A stretch of DNA of 64,000 bases from Bdellovibrionales bacterium (GTDB lineage Bacteria; Bdellovibrionota; Bdellovibrionia; Bdellovibrionales; UBA1609): assembly GCA_965261545.1 (NCBI GenBank), contig CBDHDF010000004.1, positions 64,001 through 128,000 of the forward strand, given 5' to 3'. Under the pieces are notes generated by a model, which was given only the letters and a program-made list of their open reading frames with translations, was not told where the DNA came from and made no database searches. Positions 29,191-41,771 of this stretch are shown piece after piece. A program made the translations under genes and the position numbers. Numbering within the stretch: the first letter of the stretch is position 1; each line of letters starts with the position of its first letter.

Positions 29191-30825
29191 TATAATGATG
29201 CCTATGGCTTCGGGTTTGGATTCAAGTATGGTTTCGGGCCTAGGTTTGGGTTTAATTTTTGGCTTTGCCTTGGGTTTTGTTTTACGACTGGCTTTGGGGT
29301 GGGCTCTGCGTTTGGTCTTGATCTTAGCTTTGATTTTGGGCTTGACTTTTATTTTCTTTTTTGATGGTTCTTCATTTTCACAGGCATTTTCTGGAACTGC
29401 AAATGCCGAAAATAATGTTAAGAAATATCAAACCAAATATCTTTCTTTGTATATAGGCGTTCCCCACGATGTCAAGGTGCCTTTGATGACCAATGCCATC
29501 AAAGCGACCGGAACTTTTAGACCTTTCACAAAAGCAAAAATAAACAAGAGCAATAAAACCCTTCGCTTTGAACCAAAAAAAGAAGGGGTGGCCACCCTTA
29601 TTTTGCAGAATCCCAATACGGAGACGATTCTCTATGAATTTCGCATTGACGTTAAGAAGACAAATTTGAGCAAAGTGGCCCGGGAAGTGCGCTCCCTGCT
29701 TGGAGACATCAGTGGAATTGAGATTAAGATTATCAACAACAAAGTGATTGTTGATGGGGAAATTCTTATACCAAGGGATATGATTCGCATTCACAGTGTG
29801 GTGAAACAGTATGGAGACTTGTCCAACTCGTTTGTGGTTTTAAGTCTTGTGGCTGAAAAAAAGATTGCTCAGTTTATAGAAAGGGATATTGATAATCCCG
29901 AGGTTCAAGTGCGAGTGATCAATAAGAAGTTCATTCTTGAGGGCTTCGTGAACGATGCTAAAGAGAAAGACAGGGCCTATATCATCGCACAATCCTATAT
30001 TAATGATATTATTGTGGATGAGGCTGTTGCTGACAAAAAAGTTCTTACAGCGAATTCTAAGCTGGTTATCAATCTCCTCAAGATAAAGCCCGCCCCTAAA
30101 AAGCCACCTAAAAAGATGGTGCAACTTGTTTTTCACTACGTGGAACTTAGCAAAAACTACACCAAGGGGTTTCGTTTTCAATGGACTCCTGACCTAGGGG
30201 ATGGATCACAAATTAATTTTACTTCAGGGGGGAGGGGCCTGCGGGCTTGTTGACCACTCTCACGGGAACCATCAGCAATCTTCTTCCCAAACTCAACTGG
30301 GCCAAAGAACACGGCCATGCAAGGGTTCTCAAAAGCACGAGCATTATGGTTCAAGATGGGGAAACAGGAGTTCTCAACTCAACATCTAGAATTCCCTATC
30401 AAGTGGTGAGTGGGCAGGGAGTTCCCTCCACAGCTTTTGAAGAAACGGGTTTAAAGACCAATGTGACTCCGACAATTTTGGGTTCCAATTCCAATAGCAT
30501 TCGCATGTCGGCTTCTTTTTCTTCCAAGGCCCTTGTGGACTATACGAGCCAAGGCCCTCTGACAAGTAGCAAGGATTTCAAAACAACCATTGTTATCAAA
30601 AGTGGGCAAAGTGCTGCGGTGGCTGGTCTTATCACCAGTGAATCGGGAACGGGTTACAATCGTCTTCCGAAAAATGCGAGTCGGAATCCTCTTTTTTCCC
30701 TCTATGCCTCCAAGGATTTTCGTCGCTCCCAGAGTCAGTTTGTGGTTTTTATTACCCCTATTATCAGAAGTTCCTCTAGCTCTGGTGTGGAAAAAATCAA
30801 GAGGAGGTTTCGCATCAAGAATTAG
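29177..30825 (+). pseudogene. cpaC: Tad secretin CpaC/RcpA with BON-like region, split by a 1-bp frameshift near 30227-30240
   Basis: ORF 29144..30253 (N-domain) and ORF 30247..30825 (secretin core, SGQSAAVAGL, FVVFITP) join if one base is added in GGGGGGAGGGGCC. Confidence 0.8.
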
Positions 30826-30871
30826 CCTATTCGCCCATTGTAAGTGAATTTAAAGGGATGAATTTAAAGGG

Positions 30872-32656
30872 TTAAAACATTTTTGCAAATTCGACAAAGG
30901 TTCTTACAAGACAACCCGTGGCTCCCTTTTTGGGGTGGTAGTTACAGCGGTTGTTCATATTCCATGCTGTTCCTGCAATGTCGAAGTGGGCCCATGGAAT
31001 ATCTTCATCCACAAATTGTTCAAGAAAGGCGGCGGCGGTGCCGCTTCCGGCGCCTGTTGTGGAAGATATATTGGCAAGGTCGGCATGGATCCCTCGAATA
31101 TCTTTCACATAATTGTCACAGATAGGCATGGGCCAGATATTTTCCCCTGTTTTCTCGGCGGCTTTTTTTATTTTCTCTAGAAGAGCTGAATTTCTTGTAA
31201 AAACACCTGTGTAGGAATTGCCAAGGGAGACGATAATAGCTCCTGTTAGGGTGGCTGCGTCCACAATGACTGCTGGTTTTTTTTCTGAGGCATAGGAAAG
31301 GGCGTCCATAAGAATCAGTCGACCCTCAGCATCTGTGTTGAAAACTTCCACTGTTTTACCATTTCTCGCCGTGAGAATATCTCCAGGTTTATTGGCCATG
31401 GGTCCTGGCATATTTTCGCTGGCAGGAATATAGGCCACGGCATTCACTTTGAGTTGGAGTCTTGAAATGGCCAACATGGCTCCAATGACATTGGCTCCTC
31501 CGCACATGTCGTACTTCATTTCATCCATTTTAGGTGGAGGTTTCAGGCTGATTCCTCCAGAGTCAAAGGTTAAGCCCTTGCCCACAAAACAGACAGGTTT
31601 TTTTGATGGGCTGGCCCCCTTGTATTCCATGGTGATAAATCGAGGTTCGACATCGCTTCCTAGAGAAACCCCGTAGAGTCCTCCCATTCTTTCTTTTTTA
31701 ATTCGAGCTTTATCCCACATGGTCACTTTAAGTTTTTCTGTGTTTCGAGCTTCTTCTTGAACTCTCTTGGCTAAAATTTCAGGAGTCATTAAATTGCCAG
31801 GGGTATCGCCAAGGGCTCTTGCGATATTGACGGCTTCACTAATGATCTTGGCGTTCTCAATGGACTTTTTGAGAGCCGTCGCAGTTTCATTGGTTTGGCT
31901 GATCAATGTCCAAGACATGGGGCCTTTGGGATCTGTGGATCCGGGTTTGGATCTGGACCCTTGAGGGGCCTTCGAACTTTTGGATGGGGAAGAGCCTTTG
32001 GATGCAGCGGAGTTCTTGGATACAGCAGAGCTTTTGGACGCAGGGAACTGCTTTTTGTTGCTAGGGTTTTCCATAGAATCCTGGTGGGTATTATGGTTTT
32101 TGTATGTATCAAAGCTATAGTGACCTAGCATAAGGCCTTCGGTCATGGCAGAGGCGATATCTGTATCCGCTTCTCTTTTGAGAACATGGCAGGCACTATC
32201 TATTTGTATGCAGGCCTTTTGAAAGTGATGGCTTTTTAGAAAATGAAGGACTGCTGTTGTCGCTTGGCGAAGGGTCTCTAGGGAAGCCTTTTCTGCATAC
32301 CCCAGTCCCACAGAAACCAAGTGGTGGCCATCAGAAATTTCGACATTCCTAAAAATACAGATCTCTTTGAAGGAACCTCGAAGGCTACCTTCCTCTTTGG
32401 CCGCGAGGAGGAAACTTGAAATTTGTGGATCCAAACCTTGGGTATGCAGGGCTTTATGGCTTTCCTTTGCTATCGATGCAGATGAGCGAGAAGGGTTTGG
32501 TGAACGGAAAGAGGCAGAGGTGGCGGAGGAGAGGGAAGTCTTTCCACGGTTTGGTGATAGCGAAGCTGTAAATACAACGAGGCACTGGGCTGTGGTGTCT
32601 TTGGTGCTTTTGGTGTCGGATGGAGATCGTTGGAATTGAATCTTTAAATTTTGCAT
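30872..32656 (-). CDS. pepA: Leucyl aminopeptidase (M17)
   Basis: VGKGLTFDSGG, MKYDMCGG, NTDAEGRL, DAATLTGA, WAHFDIAGT. Confidence 0.95.
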   Translation of the reverse strand: MQNLKIQFQRSPSDTKSTKDTTAQCLVVFTASLSPNRGKTSLSSATSASFRSPNPSRSSASIAKESHKALHTQGLDPQISSFLLAAKEEGSLRGSFKEICIFRNVEISDGHHLVSVGLGYAEKASLETLRQATTAVLHFLKSHHFQKACIQIDSACHVLKREADTDIASAMTEGLMLGHYSFDTYKNHNTHQDSMENPSNKKQFPASKSSAVSKNSAASKGSSPSKSSKAPQGSRSKPGSTDPKGPMSWTLISQTNETATALKKSIENAKIISEAVNIARALGDTPGNLMTPEILAKRVQEEARNTEKLKVTMWDKARIKKERMGGLYGVSLGSDVEPRFITMEYKGASPSKKPVCFVGKGLTFDSGGISLKPPPKMDEMKYDMCGGANVIGAMLAISRLQLKVNAVAYIPASENMPGPMANKPGDILTARNGKTVEVFNTDAEGRLILMDALSYASEKKPAVIVDAATLTGAIIVSLGNSYTGVFTRNSALLEKIKKAAEKTGENIWPMPICDNYVKDIRGIHADLANISSTTGAGSGTAAAFLEQFVDEDIPWAHFDIAGTAWNMNNRCNYHPKKGATGCLVRTFVEFAKMF

Positions 32657-33036
32657 AGGGAGTTACATCCTCTTTTTTGCCGAGATAGTCAAATAGCTTT
32701 CATTGTGAAAAGGCATTCATGACATGTCGTATAATGATAGGTCATAATGAGTCATTATGACCTATCTGATAAATTCATAAAAAATCTTTGTGTCTATTTA
32801 ATATAACTTTAAAAATGGCCGATAGGCAGTTTTATACTTGTGAAAGTTAGGAGAGATATAGAGATAGCTTAAGGTAAACCTTAGTTAGAGCTATAATTAT
32901 GATTTTATAGCTAAAGTTTGCTAAGACTTATAGCTAAATAGTAAAAAACCTTTTGCGATATGAATGCCGATGAACTATTTAGAGGGATGCAGAAAGGTAA
33001 GCAAACAAAAAGGTTATAGAAAGAAGTGAGGATTCA

Positions 33037-33660
33037 TTGGCGTTAATACCTATAGTTATAGAGCAAACTCCACGGGGGGAGCGTAGTTACGATATCTACT
33101 CTCGCCTTTTAAAAGATAGAATCATTATACTTGGCTCGGTTGTCACCGACGATGTGGCCAACAGCATTATTGCCCAAGTGTTTTTTTTAGAAATGGAAAA
33201 TCCAGACAAAGATATCCATTTCTATATCAATTCACCGGGGGGGAGCGTCACGGCTGGCATGGCCATTTATGATATTATGCAGTTTATAAAGGTGGATGTT
33301 TGTACCTACTGTATGGGCATGGCGGCGAGTATGGGTTCTTTACTTCTTGCGGGAGGGGCCCCAAAAAAGCGTCATATCATGCCCCATGCTAGAGTTATGA
33401 TTCACCAACCTCTTCTTGGTGGAGGGGGCATCGCTGGTCAAGCCAGTGATATTGAGATTCATGCCAAAGAAATGATACATGTGAAGAATAAACTCACCGA
33501 TATTTATGTTAAGCACACAGGAAAATCATTTGAGGAACTTGAGAAGGCCATGGACAGGGATAATTTTATGAGTGCCGAGCAGGCCAAGGACTTTGGTCTT
33601 GTAGATACGATTGTAGAGAATAGAAAGGGTGATAAAAAGAGCCATCAAAAGGGTGATTAA
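33037..33660 (+). CDS. clpP: ClpP protease proteolytic subunit
   Basis: [29 protein letters not shown]. Confidence 0.97.
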   Translation: MALIPIVIEQTPRGERSYDIYSRLLKDRIIILGSVVTDDVANSIIAQVFFLEMENPDKDIHFYINSPGGSVTAGMAIYDIMQFIKVDVCTYCMGMAASMGSLLLAGGAPKKRHIMPHARVMIHQPLLGGGGIAGQASDIEIHAKEMIHVKNKLTDIYVKHTGKSFEELEKAMDRDNFMSAEQAKDFGLVDTIVENRKGDKKSHQKGD

Positions 33661-33723
33661 GAGGAACTCTTAGAAGAGTTCTTAATAGTAGAGAACTCTT
33701 AACAGTGAAGAAGGTTTTAGTTT

Positions 33724-35028
33724 ATGAGTAAGAAAGATAGTTACGGGTCACTTTGTTGTAGTTTTTGTGGAAAAAGCCAAAAAGAGGTTAAGAAACTTAT
33801 TGCAGGGCCAGGGGTCTATATTTGTGATGAGTGCATTGACCTTTGCAACGATATCATTGCAGAGGAAAAAGAGAGGGAGGAGGTTGGAAGGCACTTCCTT
33901 AAAGTTCCCAAGCCTGTGGATATTATGAAACACTTGGACGATTATGTCATTGGTCAAGAGCTTGCCAAGAAGGCTCTTTCTGTGGCTGTACACAACCATT
34001 ACAAGCGTGTTAATTCCTCCAAAAGTCGGAAAGAAGAAGTGGAAATTTCCAAAAGTAATATTTTGCTTATTGGTCCTACGGGTTCAGGTAAAACACTTCT
34101 TGCTCAAACCATTGCTAAGATATTAAATGTGCCTTTTGCCATGGCAGATGCGACAGCTCTGACAGAGGCTGGTTACGTGGGAGAAGATGTTGAGAATGTG
34201 GTTCTCAATTTACTACAAGCGGCAGACTACGATGTGGAAAGGGCCCAGCGTGGTGTGATATACATAGACGAGATTGACAAAGTGACTAGAAAGTCTGAGA
34301 ATCCATCCATCACCCGGGATGTCAGTGGAGAAGGTGTCCAGCAGGCTCTTCTCAAAATCCTTGAGGGTACGGTGGCCAATTTGCCTCCGAAAGGAGGGCG
34401 CAAACACCCTCAGCAAGAGTTTATCCAAGTGGACACTTCCAATATTCTCTTTATTGTGGGTGGTGCCTTTGTCGGTTTGGATAAGATTATTGAGAATCGT
34501 GTGACCAATAAGTCCTTGGGTATTGCCGCAGACATTCAAACAGAAAGTGAGAGGTTGGAGTCAAAGGAGAACATTCTCCAGAAAATTGTTCCAGGGGACT
34601 TAAGTCGATACGGCCTTATTCCCGAATTTATTGGGCGCCTTCCTGTGACAGCGGTTCTCGACTCTCTGGACGAGCCGGCTCTTATGAAAATTCTTATTGA
34701 ACCTAAGAATGCCCTTACCAAACAATATCAAAGGCTTTTTGAGTACGAAAATGTTCAACTCACATTTGCAGATGGCGCACTTAAGGCTGTGGCGCAGGAG
34801 GCCATAAAAAGAAACACAGGAGCCCGTGGGCTTCGTGGCGTTTTAGAAAGCTCAATGTTAGATATTATGTTTGAAATTCCTTCCATGGCCAACGTGAAAG
34901 AATGTATAATAAGTAAAGAAGTCATCACGGAAGGTGACAAACCTGAACTGGTTTTTAAGACTGATGCAGAGGTGAAGCGAGCGGAGCGAACAAGAGATAA
35001 GTCTGGTAAATCTGCTGAATCGGCTTAA
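33724..35028 (+). CDS. clpX: ClpX ATPase
   Basis: CSFCGK zinc finger, [26 protein letters not shown]. Confidence 0.97.
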   Translation: MSKKDSYGSLCCSFCGKSQKEVKKLIAGPGVYICDECIDLCNDIIAEEKEREEVGRHFLKVPKPVDIMKHLDDYVIGQELAKKALSVAVHNHYKRVNSSKSRKEEVEISKSNILLIGPTGSGKTLLAQTIAKILNVPFAMADATALTEAGYVGEDVENVVLNLLQAADYDVERAQRGVIYIDEIDKVTRKSENPSITRDVSGEGVQQALLKILEGTVANLPPKGGRKHPQQEFIQVDTSNILFIVGGAFVGLDKIIENRVTNKSLGIAADIQTESERLESKENILQKIVPGDLSRYGLIPEFIGRLPVTAVLDSLDEPALMKILIEPKNALTKQYQRLFEYENVQLTFADGALKAVAQEAIKRNTGARGLRGVLESSMLDIMFEIPSMANVKECIISKEVITEGDKPELVFKTDAEVKRAERTRDKSGKSAESA

Positions 35029-35109
35029 CTCAAGCTTAAAAGCTTAACTTATGTATGAGGTAGCTCTGAGGTAGTTACGACTCAAGTTCAGGTGAGCCAA
35101 GGAGGACAG

Positions 35110-37719
35110 ATGTCTAATATAGTCAAGCCCCAGTCGTTGCCCCTTTTACCCCTACGCGATCTCATTGTATTTCCCCACATGATGATGCCTCTTTTTGTGG
35201 CACGAGAAAAAAGCATCAATGCCCTTGAAGAGGCTATGACCCAGCAAAGTGATATTATTCTTGCTGCCCAAAAGGATGCCAAGACCAACAGCCCCGAACC
35301 CAACGACATTTATAGGGTGGGGACCGTGGGGACGATCATTCAATTGCTCAGGCTCCCCGATGGAACTGTCAAAGTTCTCATTGAGGGAAAGCGGCGTGTG
35401 CTTATTAAGAATTTTCTTTGCGTGGATGACTTTTTCCTTGTGGAGTCTGAAGAGCTTGTGGAAATGGTTGAAAGTGAGAAAGAGGCCCTCGCCCTTGTAA
35501 GGTCTATTAAGTCCACCTTTGAAACTTATGTCAAATTGAACAAAAGAATTCCCCCAGAGATTCTCATGCGTGTGGCTAATATTGATGGTATTAGTGAGAT
35601 GGCCGACATTATTGCAGCCCAACTCAATCTTAAACTTGAAGACAAGCAAAAGATTCTTGAAATCACAGACCCTGGTCGGCGCTTGGAGGAACTCTTAAGT
35701 CTCATGACGGGAGAAATTGAGATATTGGAGGTGGAGAAAAAAATTCGTTATCGGGTCAAAAAGCAGATGGAAAAATCCCAAAAAGAGTATTATCTCAATG
35801 AGCAGATGCAGGCCATTCAAAAGGAACTGGGAGATAAGGATGACCACCAGGCCGAGTTGGAAGAATTGGAGCAAAAGTTTTCTGAGAAGAACCTGCCAGA
35901 GGTTGCCAAGAAAAAGATCAAACGAGAGATTAAGAAACTTAAAATGATGTCACCTATGAGTGCAGAAGCCGCTGTGGTGAGAAATTATGTGGATTGGATG
36001 TTGGACTTGCCTTGGCTGTACTACTCCGAGGAAAAGAAAGAGATCCATGGAGCGAAAGCCATCTTAGACGAAGATCACTGGGGTCTTGAAAAGGTCAAAG
36101 ACCGCATTGTGGAGCATCTATCGGTTCAAATACTTACAGATAAGCTAAATGGCCCCATATTGTGCCTTGTAGGTCCTCCAGGAGTGGGAAAAACCTCCCT
36201 GGCAAGATCGGTGGCAAGGGCCTTGGGGCGTTCGTTTGCTCGCATTTCCCTAGGTGGGGTTCGAGACGAAGCTGAGATTCGTGGTCATCGAAGAACCTAT
36301 GTGGGGGCCATGCCGGGAAAAATTATCCAGTCCCTTCGCAAGTGTGATACGGGAAATCCCCTTTTGTTGCTGGATGAAGTAGACAAAATGAGCATGGATT
36401 TTCGAGGAGACCCCTCGGCAGCCCTCCTTGAGGTTTTTGATCCTGAGCAAAATGTGAACTTTCAAGACCACTACATTGAATTAGAGTATGACCTTTCTCA
36501 GATTATGTTTATTACAACGGCCAATTCGATTCATCCTATTCCAAGGCCCCTTTTGGATCGTATGGAAGTGATCCATTTGGATGGATATATTGAAAAAGAA
36601 AAATTTAATATCGCTAAGAAATATTTAATTCCCAAGCAGTTGGAGCAACATGGGCTTGTAAAATACAATGTGGAATTTACTGAACCCTCGATTCGAGAAA
36701 TTATTTGCTCTTATACGAGGGAGGCGGGGGTTCGAGACTTGAACAGAAAAATTGCAAAAATCTGCCGAAAAAGTGCCAAGGATATTGTTCAGAAACAATC
36801 ACTGGACGAAGAAAAGCAAGTGGCAACGACAATGGCGGAGACAGCAAAAACGGCAACGACAAAGGTTAAAATTTCAGAAACAACGACAGGGGTTTCTGCA
36901 AAATCTTCAGCGAAGTCTTCCAAAAAATTTGCGATGGAGACTTCTGTGAAATCTTCCGCAAAATCTTCTTCCGCAAGAAAGTCTTTGCCTTCTGTTATTA
37001 GAATCACTCCTAAAAAGGTGCTGGAGTACTTGGGGGCTGACAAATACAAGCCTGGCAAGATTGAGGGCCAAGATGAAATTGGCCTTACCAATGGCATGGC
37101 TTGGACTCAGGTGGGGGGGGAGCTTCTTCCCATTGAGGCTTCTGTGGTTCCAGGACGAGGCAAGTTCTCCATCACAGGCCAGTTGGGGGATATTATGAAA
37201 GAATCTTGCTCCGCGGCCATGAGTTACGTTCGTTCCAGAGGGCCTTTGTTTGGTTTTGACAAAGAGTTTTATGCCAATATTGACGTACACATTCATGCCC
37301 CCGATGGGTCCATTCCCAAAGATGGTCCTTCGGCGGGGGTGGCCATCACCACAAGTATTGTGTCAGCGATGACAAAGATCCCCGTGAAAAGAACTGTGGC
37401 TATGACAGGTGAAGTGACTCTTCGTGGGCGCGTGCTCACCATCGGTGGTTTGAAAGAAAAGGTTCTTGCCGCCCACAGGGGAAGGATTAAGACCGTCATT
37501 ATTCCCAAGGAAAATGCTAAGGATATCAAAGATATTCCCAAGGAAATTCTCAAGGATCTCAAGGTGATTCTCGTTGATCATGTGGACCAAGTGCTCGTCA
37601 ACGCCCTTAACATCAAAACAGCTAAAGAGCTGTTCAAGGTGCGAAGCGATCGAGGTCTCGGCCTAAGAGCCCAGTACACAGGCCACTCCCAACACGTAAG
37701 CCCACCACAGCATCACTAG
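35110..37719 (+). CDS. lon: ATP-dependent Lon protease (paralog 2, clpPX-linked) with Ser/Thr/Lys-rich insertion
   Basis: [30 protein letters not shown] 35110 after GGAGG. Confidence 0.97.
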   Translation: MSNIVKPQSLPLLPLRDLIVFPHMMMPLFVAREKSINALEEAMTQQSDIILAAQKDAKTNSPEPNDIYRVGTVGTIIQLLRLPDGTVKVLIEGKRRVLIKNFLCVDDFFLVESEELVEMVESEKEALALVRSIKSTFETYVKLNKRIPPEILMRVANIDGISEMADIIAAQLNLKLEDKQKILEITDPGRRLEELLSLMTGEIEILEVEKKIRYRVKKQMEKSQKEYYLNEQMQAIQKELGDKDDHQAELEELEQKFSEKNLPEVAKKKIKREIKKLKMMSPMSAEAAVVRNYVDWMLDLPWLYYSEEKKEIHGAKAILDEDHWGLEKVKDRIVEHLSVQILTDKLNGPILCLVGPPGVGKTSLARSVARALGRSFARISLGGVRDEAEIRGHRRTYVGAMPGKIIQSLRKCDTGNPLLLLDEVDKMSMDFRGDPSAALLEVFDPEQNVNFQDHYIELEYDLSQIMFITTANSIHPIPRPLLDRMEVIHLDGYIEKEKFNIAKKYLIPKQLEQHGLVKYNVEFTEPSIREIICSYTREAGVRDLNRKIAKICRKSAKDIVQKQSLDEEKQVATTMAETAKTATTKVKISETTTGVSAKSSAKSSKKFAMETSVKSSAKSSSARKSLPSVIRITPKKVLEYLGADKYKPGKIEGQDEIGLTNGMAWTQVGGELLPIEASVVPGRGKFSITGQLGDIMKESCSAAMSYVRSRGPLFGFDKEFYANIDVHIHAPDGSIPKDGPSAGVAITTSIVSAMTKIPVKRTVAMTGEVTLRGRVLTIGGLKEKVLAAHRGRIKTVIIPKENAKDIKDIPKEILKDLKVILVDHVDQVLVNALNIKTAKELFKVRSDRGLGLRAQYTGHSQHVSPPQHH

Positions 37720-38157
37720 TAAGCTATTAGTTATTTTATTATAAGGCTCCTCTCCTCTCGATGAGGGGCTTGAAAGTTCATGCGACGCCTCATGAGATTA
37801 CCTTTTATAAAAGGTAAACCTTCAGTAAAGCTTGGATATATGGGAAAGGACTTGGTCTAATTATGAATAGAATTATGAGTAAAAATATCATATTGAAATT
37901 TTTATTTTTCTTTTTGTGGGCCTATGATCTTTCAGCCCAAAGGGCACTAGCTCAAACTGTATCTGCTATCTATGGATTCGAACGTCATCCCCTTATAGAA
38001 ACTTCTGATCAGGATCAGACGCTTAATATTTTTGGCCCTGGAGGCCAAATTGTGGCTCAAGCGGTGAACGGTAAGATAGATTATTTACTTGTAGACCATC
38101 AGCGTTCCACCAGGGTTGTTCTTAACGAAGATAATAGCTTGATGGGAGGCTTTGACT

Positions 38158-39574
38158 CAATGCCGTTTCCTTAAGAAAAATCTCTTGAAATCATTAGATA
38201 AATCGACAAGAATAAGACTTGTTTTATTTTACACCCAACCCTCAACCAAGGAGTAAGTCACATGCAATCCAATATTGATCTCGAAAGCCCCCAAATGACG
38301 AGTTCGCGTCACAGATGACCATTTTATTCTACCAAAACTTGATTCTTCCTTCAAGCCAGAGCACCTTGTCGATCCAGAAAAACAAAAAAGGAATCGAAAA
38401 TTTAATCCTCAAATTTTCTTTTTTACCATTATCTATCTTATTTCAGGAACAAATTACGAAGGCTACCAAATCGCTCTTAAGACGGTATGGACTCATTTTG
38501 GTGACCTGCTTCTCATGCCAGTCAAAAGCAGTCTCAGCAAGATACGTCAAAGTATTTCTTACCTATTTTTCAAAGATATCTTTGAATCTCTGATTACAGA
38601 CTACGAACCATTGAGAAAAACGTTTCATGGTTTTTATATCTATGCCATAGATGGCGACCAATTAGCACTTCCTCGCTCTAAAGATCTTTTAAAGGAGGGT
38701 TATTGTGGGTACCCTTGCCCAAATGAGATGGAAACTCATTTCTTACGTATGTATCTATCTCATGCTTATGACGTTTTATCGGGTGTGACAAAGAATCTTT
38801 GCTATTCTCCCGCTCTCAACGAAATCGCCAATGCTATTCAAATGATAGGTAGTTTTGAGAGTAATAGCATAACTCTCTACGATAGGCTTTATTTATCTAC
38901 AGAGATTATTAAGGCCCATGCTCAAGCCAGTAACTTCTTTATTGCGCGTTGTAAGCGAGGCTCTACTTTTATCCCCATCGTAAATTTATTTAATGGCCCA
39001 GGTTAGTATTCACAAATGGTTATTGAGGGGGTGGTCATTCATCTCTATAAGTATAAAAACCCAAAGACTGGGGAGTTCTCTGTTTTGGCCACTAATCTTC
39101 CGCATGGCTCCTTGGACAAGAAGGATATGGTTGCTCTTTACTCTCGTCGTTGGGAAATAGAAACGACATTTCGTGATTTTACATCGACAATGAAAATGGA
39201 GCAGTGGCACTCAACAAGCCTTAATGGAATATTGCAAGAGCTGTATTCTTATTTTTGGCTCTTCAATTATACAAAGATTCAAATGAGCATAAATGAGGAT
39301 GAAGACAGTGTGAATCAGTTGGTAAAAAATGACTACAAAAAACCTAACTTTAAACTGATTCTTGATTTCATAATGGATAGCATCCCTCTTTTTGTTGCGG
39401 GGCTCTATCAGAAATTTAGGAAGCAGATAAAGTTGCTGATGAAGATTTCAATGGAGAAGAGGAGGCACTTCAAAAGAAGCTATGAAAGGTCTATCAAAAG
39501 CGCTGGGAGTTCTTTTAAAAGAAATAGCTTAACGCAGAGGCAGAGGGGTGTGGTGGCTTAAGGAAACGGCATTG
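38158..39574 (+). mobile_element. IS4-family insertion sequence (1417 bp)
   Basis: Perfect 18-bp TIR CAATGCCGTTTCCTTAAG; 10-bp DR GGCTTTGACT (38148..38157 / 39575..39584). Confidence 0.93.
38262..39561 (+). pseudogene. IS4-family transposase, degraded (N-terminal frameshift and in-frame TAG at 39004)
   Basis: RNRKFNP, YAIDGD, LYDRLY, YSRRWEIETTFRDF motifs spread over broken ORFs. Confidence 0.82.
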
Positions 39575-40304
39575 GGCTTTGACTATACTCCCTACGGAGA
39601 GACGAATTCCACGGGGGATGTGGATTCTGTGCCCTATCGCTACACGGGTCAACCCGTGAATTCTGGACTCAATAGCTATCATTTTCACCAGAGAGAATAC
39701 GCTCCAAATATTCTCCGCTTCACAAGTGTGGACCCAGTGTTAGCTGACAATTAAAATGCCCCACCGTCGCCAATGAAAAGTGGCCACTTTTCAGAGGAGG
39801 ACCTATGGTGATTTTTGGCATTGTCAACCGAGACGCATATAATCAATTGATATTACTCATAAAAAGGCTCCGAGCTGATAAGAACTCCTTTTGGGTTCTT
39901 GTCGACCTGGAAAGGGGCTCCGTGTTGGAGAGTCCTTCCATGACAGCCTATTCAGGTTCCATATTTCTCATTTGTAGACTGTTTCTGGATTTCAATGAGG
40001 TTAAATATATAGTCAAGAAAAGCCTGTTTAGGCTGTGCCCATTTTCTAAAGTATTTAAATTCCACAAGATTCCAACATTTGCCTCAATTTTCATGGAATT
40101 TCTTTTTGAAGACAGGCTTCCCTTAAAGCCGTCGCCAATTAAAATGTCCCACTTTCAATATGGAGGTTGTCGCCAATGAAAAGTGACCAATCTTCAGGGA
40201 GTGTTCAAATACTAGACAATGAAGTCTCTTCTTCTGATATAGATACTAAGCTCACAGAGTCCCTCCCTTTTGCAACTCAAAAGGTTAGCAATGAGGAGGA
40301 TCTT

Positions 40305-41771
40305 ATGATTAGTCAATACACTTTCGGCCGCATTCGTGACCTGAGTCACAGTGGTAAAAATAAGACAGAAATATCTCGTGAATTAGGGATCAATCGTAAG
40401 ACGGTGCGCAAGTACTGTAAGTCCAACACCCCACCGAAGTACAAGGCGAGGTCCAAAAGAACTCGCCCAGATCCCCTTAATGGATATATGGATCGGGTGA
40501 AGTACTTTTTGAAGTTGAACCCAAGTAACACCGCCCGTGAAATATATGAGCTATTAGTTGAGGAGGGTTATCGTGGGAGTGAGAGAACGGTTCAGAGAAG
40601 AGTTTGTGAGATTCTTGGTTCTCGCCCCAAGGAGCGTTTTTTCAGCCAAAGATATGATCCTGGAGAACAGGCTCAGTTTGATTTTAAGGAGAAGGTTGCT
40701 TTACCATTTGCCGATGGTGTTCAGATCGTTCATCTCCATTTTGGAACATTGCCTTGTAGTGGCACCTGTTGGGTTCGTGCCTACCCCTTTCTTGTCTATG
40801 AGTGTTTCATCGATGGGGTGCATGCTTTTTTTGAAAAGATAGGTGGGATGAGTGCGAACATCCGTATTGATAATTTATCTCCCTGTGTGAAGAAAGTTCT
40901 TAAAGGAAATCAGCGAATTTACACCCAATCTTTTGATCGAGCCATCCAATACTATGGATTTAAGGTTCTTCCCTGCCGCGCAGGGAAGGGCTCTGACAAG
41001 GGAGATGTGGAGCGTGATATTCGAACCTTCAGTTCTCGGATAAAAAATATTGTTAGAAACAAAGGAATTGTTTTTAAAGACTGGGATCATTTGAATCAGT
41101 TTTTAGAGTCTTATATGGATCAGCATCAGAGTGACTCCACCAAATCTCGCTTTGAGGAGGAGGCCAAAGTTCTTAAGCCTTTGCCTCCACGAGATGAAGA
41201 TATTCTCTGTAAGGTGAATATTTGTCAAAGTAATGGTTATGGGACTTTGAGAATAGGTAAAACCACATATTCCATACCTGATGAGGTGATCCAATCTCCC
41301 TGTAAAACCGTACAGGGTCCCTATCATGTCACGATCTATCGTGCAGGAGGGAAGCAAGAAATTGTCGCTCGCCATCAAAGAAAACCTGATGGGGAGCATA
41401 GTCTTCTTCTTGAACATATCCTTCCCTCTTTAGTTCGTAAGCCGCAAGCCATGGTAAGATGGGCTCACCGATCCATTCTTTTTCCAACAAATGTGTTTGA
41501 AAATTTTTATCAATACCTCAAGCAACAAGATTCAAGCCGTGCCGAGCATGAATATTTAAGAGTTATCAACTTGATTCAGCATGTGAGTTGGCAGGACTTA
41601 TCTACAGCCATGGAGCTTCAATTAGAAAGTCGTGAGATTTTCGACTTTAAATCCATAAAAGATTTGCTCTTAGGCAATCCCACCAAAATTAATTTGAATG
41701 ACCAACAAAAACCACTTCAACCTAGATTGTCTCAATATGACAGTCTTGTTCCAAACATAGGAGGTTCTTAA
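40305..41771 (+). CDS. istA: IS21 transposase IstA
   Basis: Same protein as copy 1 except one E/K change. Confidence 0.93.
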   Translation: MISQYTFGRIRDLSHSGKNKTEISRELGINRKTVRKYCKSNTPPKYKARSKRTRPDPLNGYMDRVKYFLKLNPSNTAREIYELLVEEGYRGSERTVQRRVCEILGSRPKERFFSQRYDPGEQAQFDFKEKVALPFADGVQIVHLHFGTLPCSGTCWVRAYPFLVYECFIDGVHAFFEKIGGMSANIRIDNLSPCVKKVLKGNQRIYTQSFDRAIQYYGFKVLPCRAGKGSDKGDVERDIRTFSSRIKNIVRNKGIVFKDWDHLNQFLESYMDQHQSDSTKSRFEEEAKVLKPLPPRDEDILCKVNICQSNGYGTLRIGKTTYSIPDEVIQSPCKTVQGPYHVTIYRAGGKQEIVARHQRKPDGEHSLLLEHILPSLVRKPQAMVRWAHRSILFPTNVFENFYQYLKQQDSSRAEHEYLRVINLIQHVSWQDLSTAMELQLESREIFDFKSIKDLLLGNPTKINLNDQQKPLQPRLSQYDSLVPNIGGS

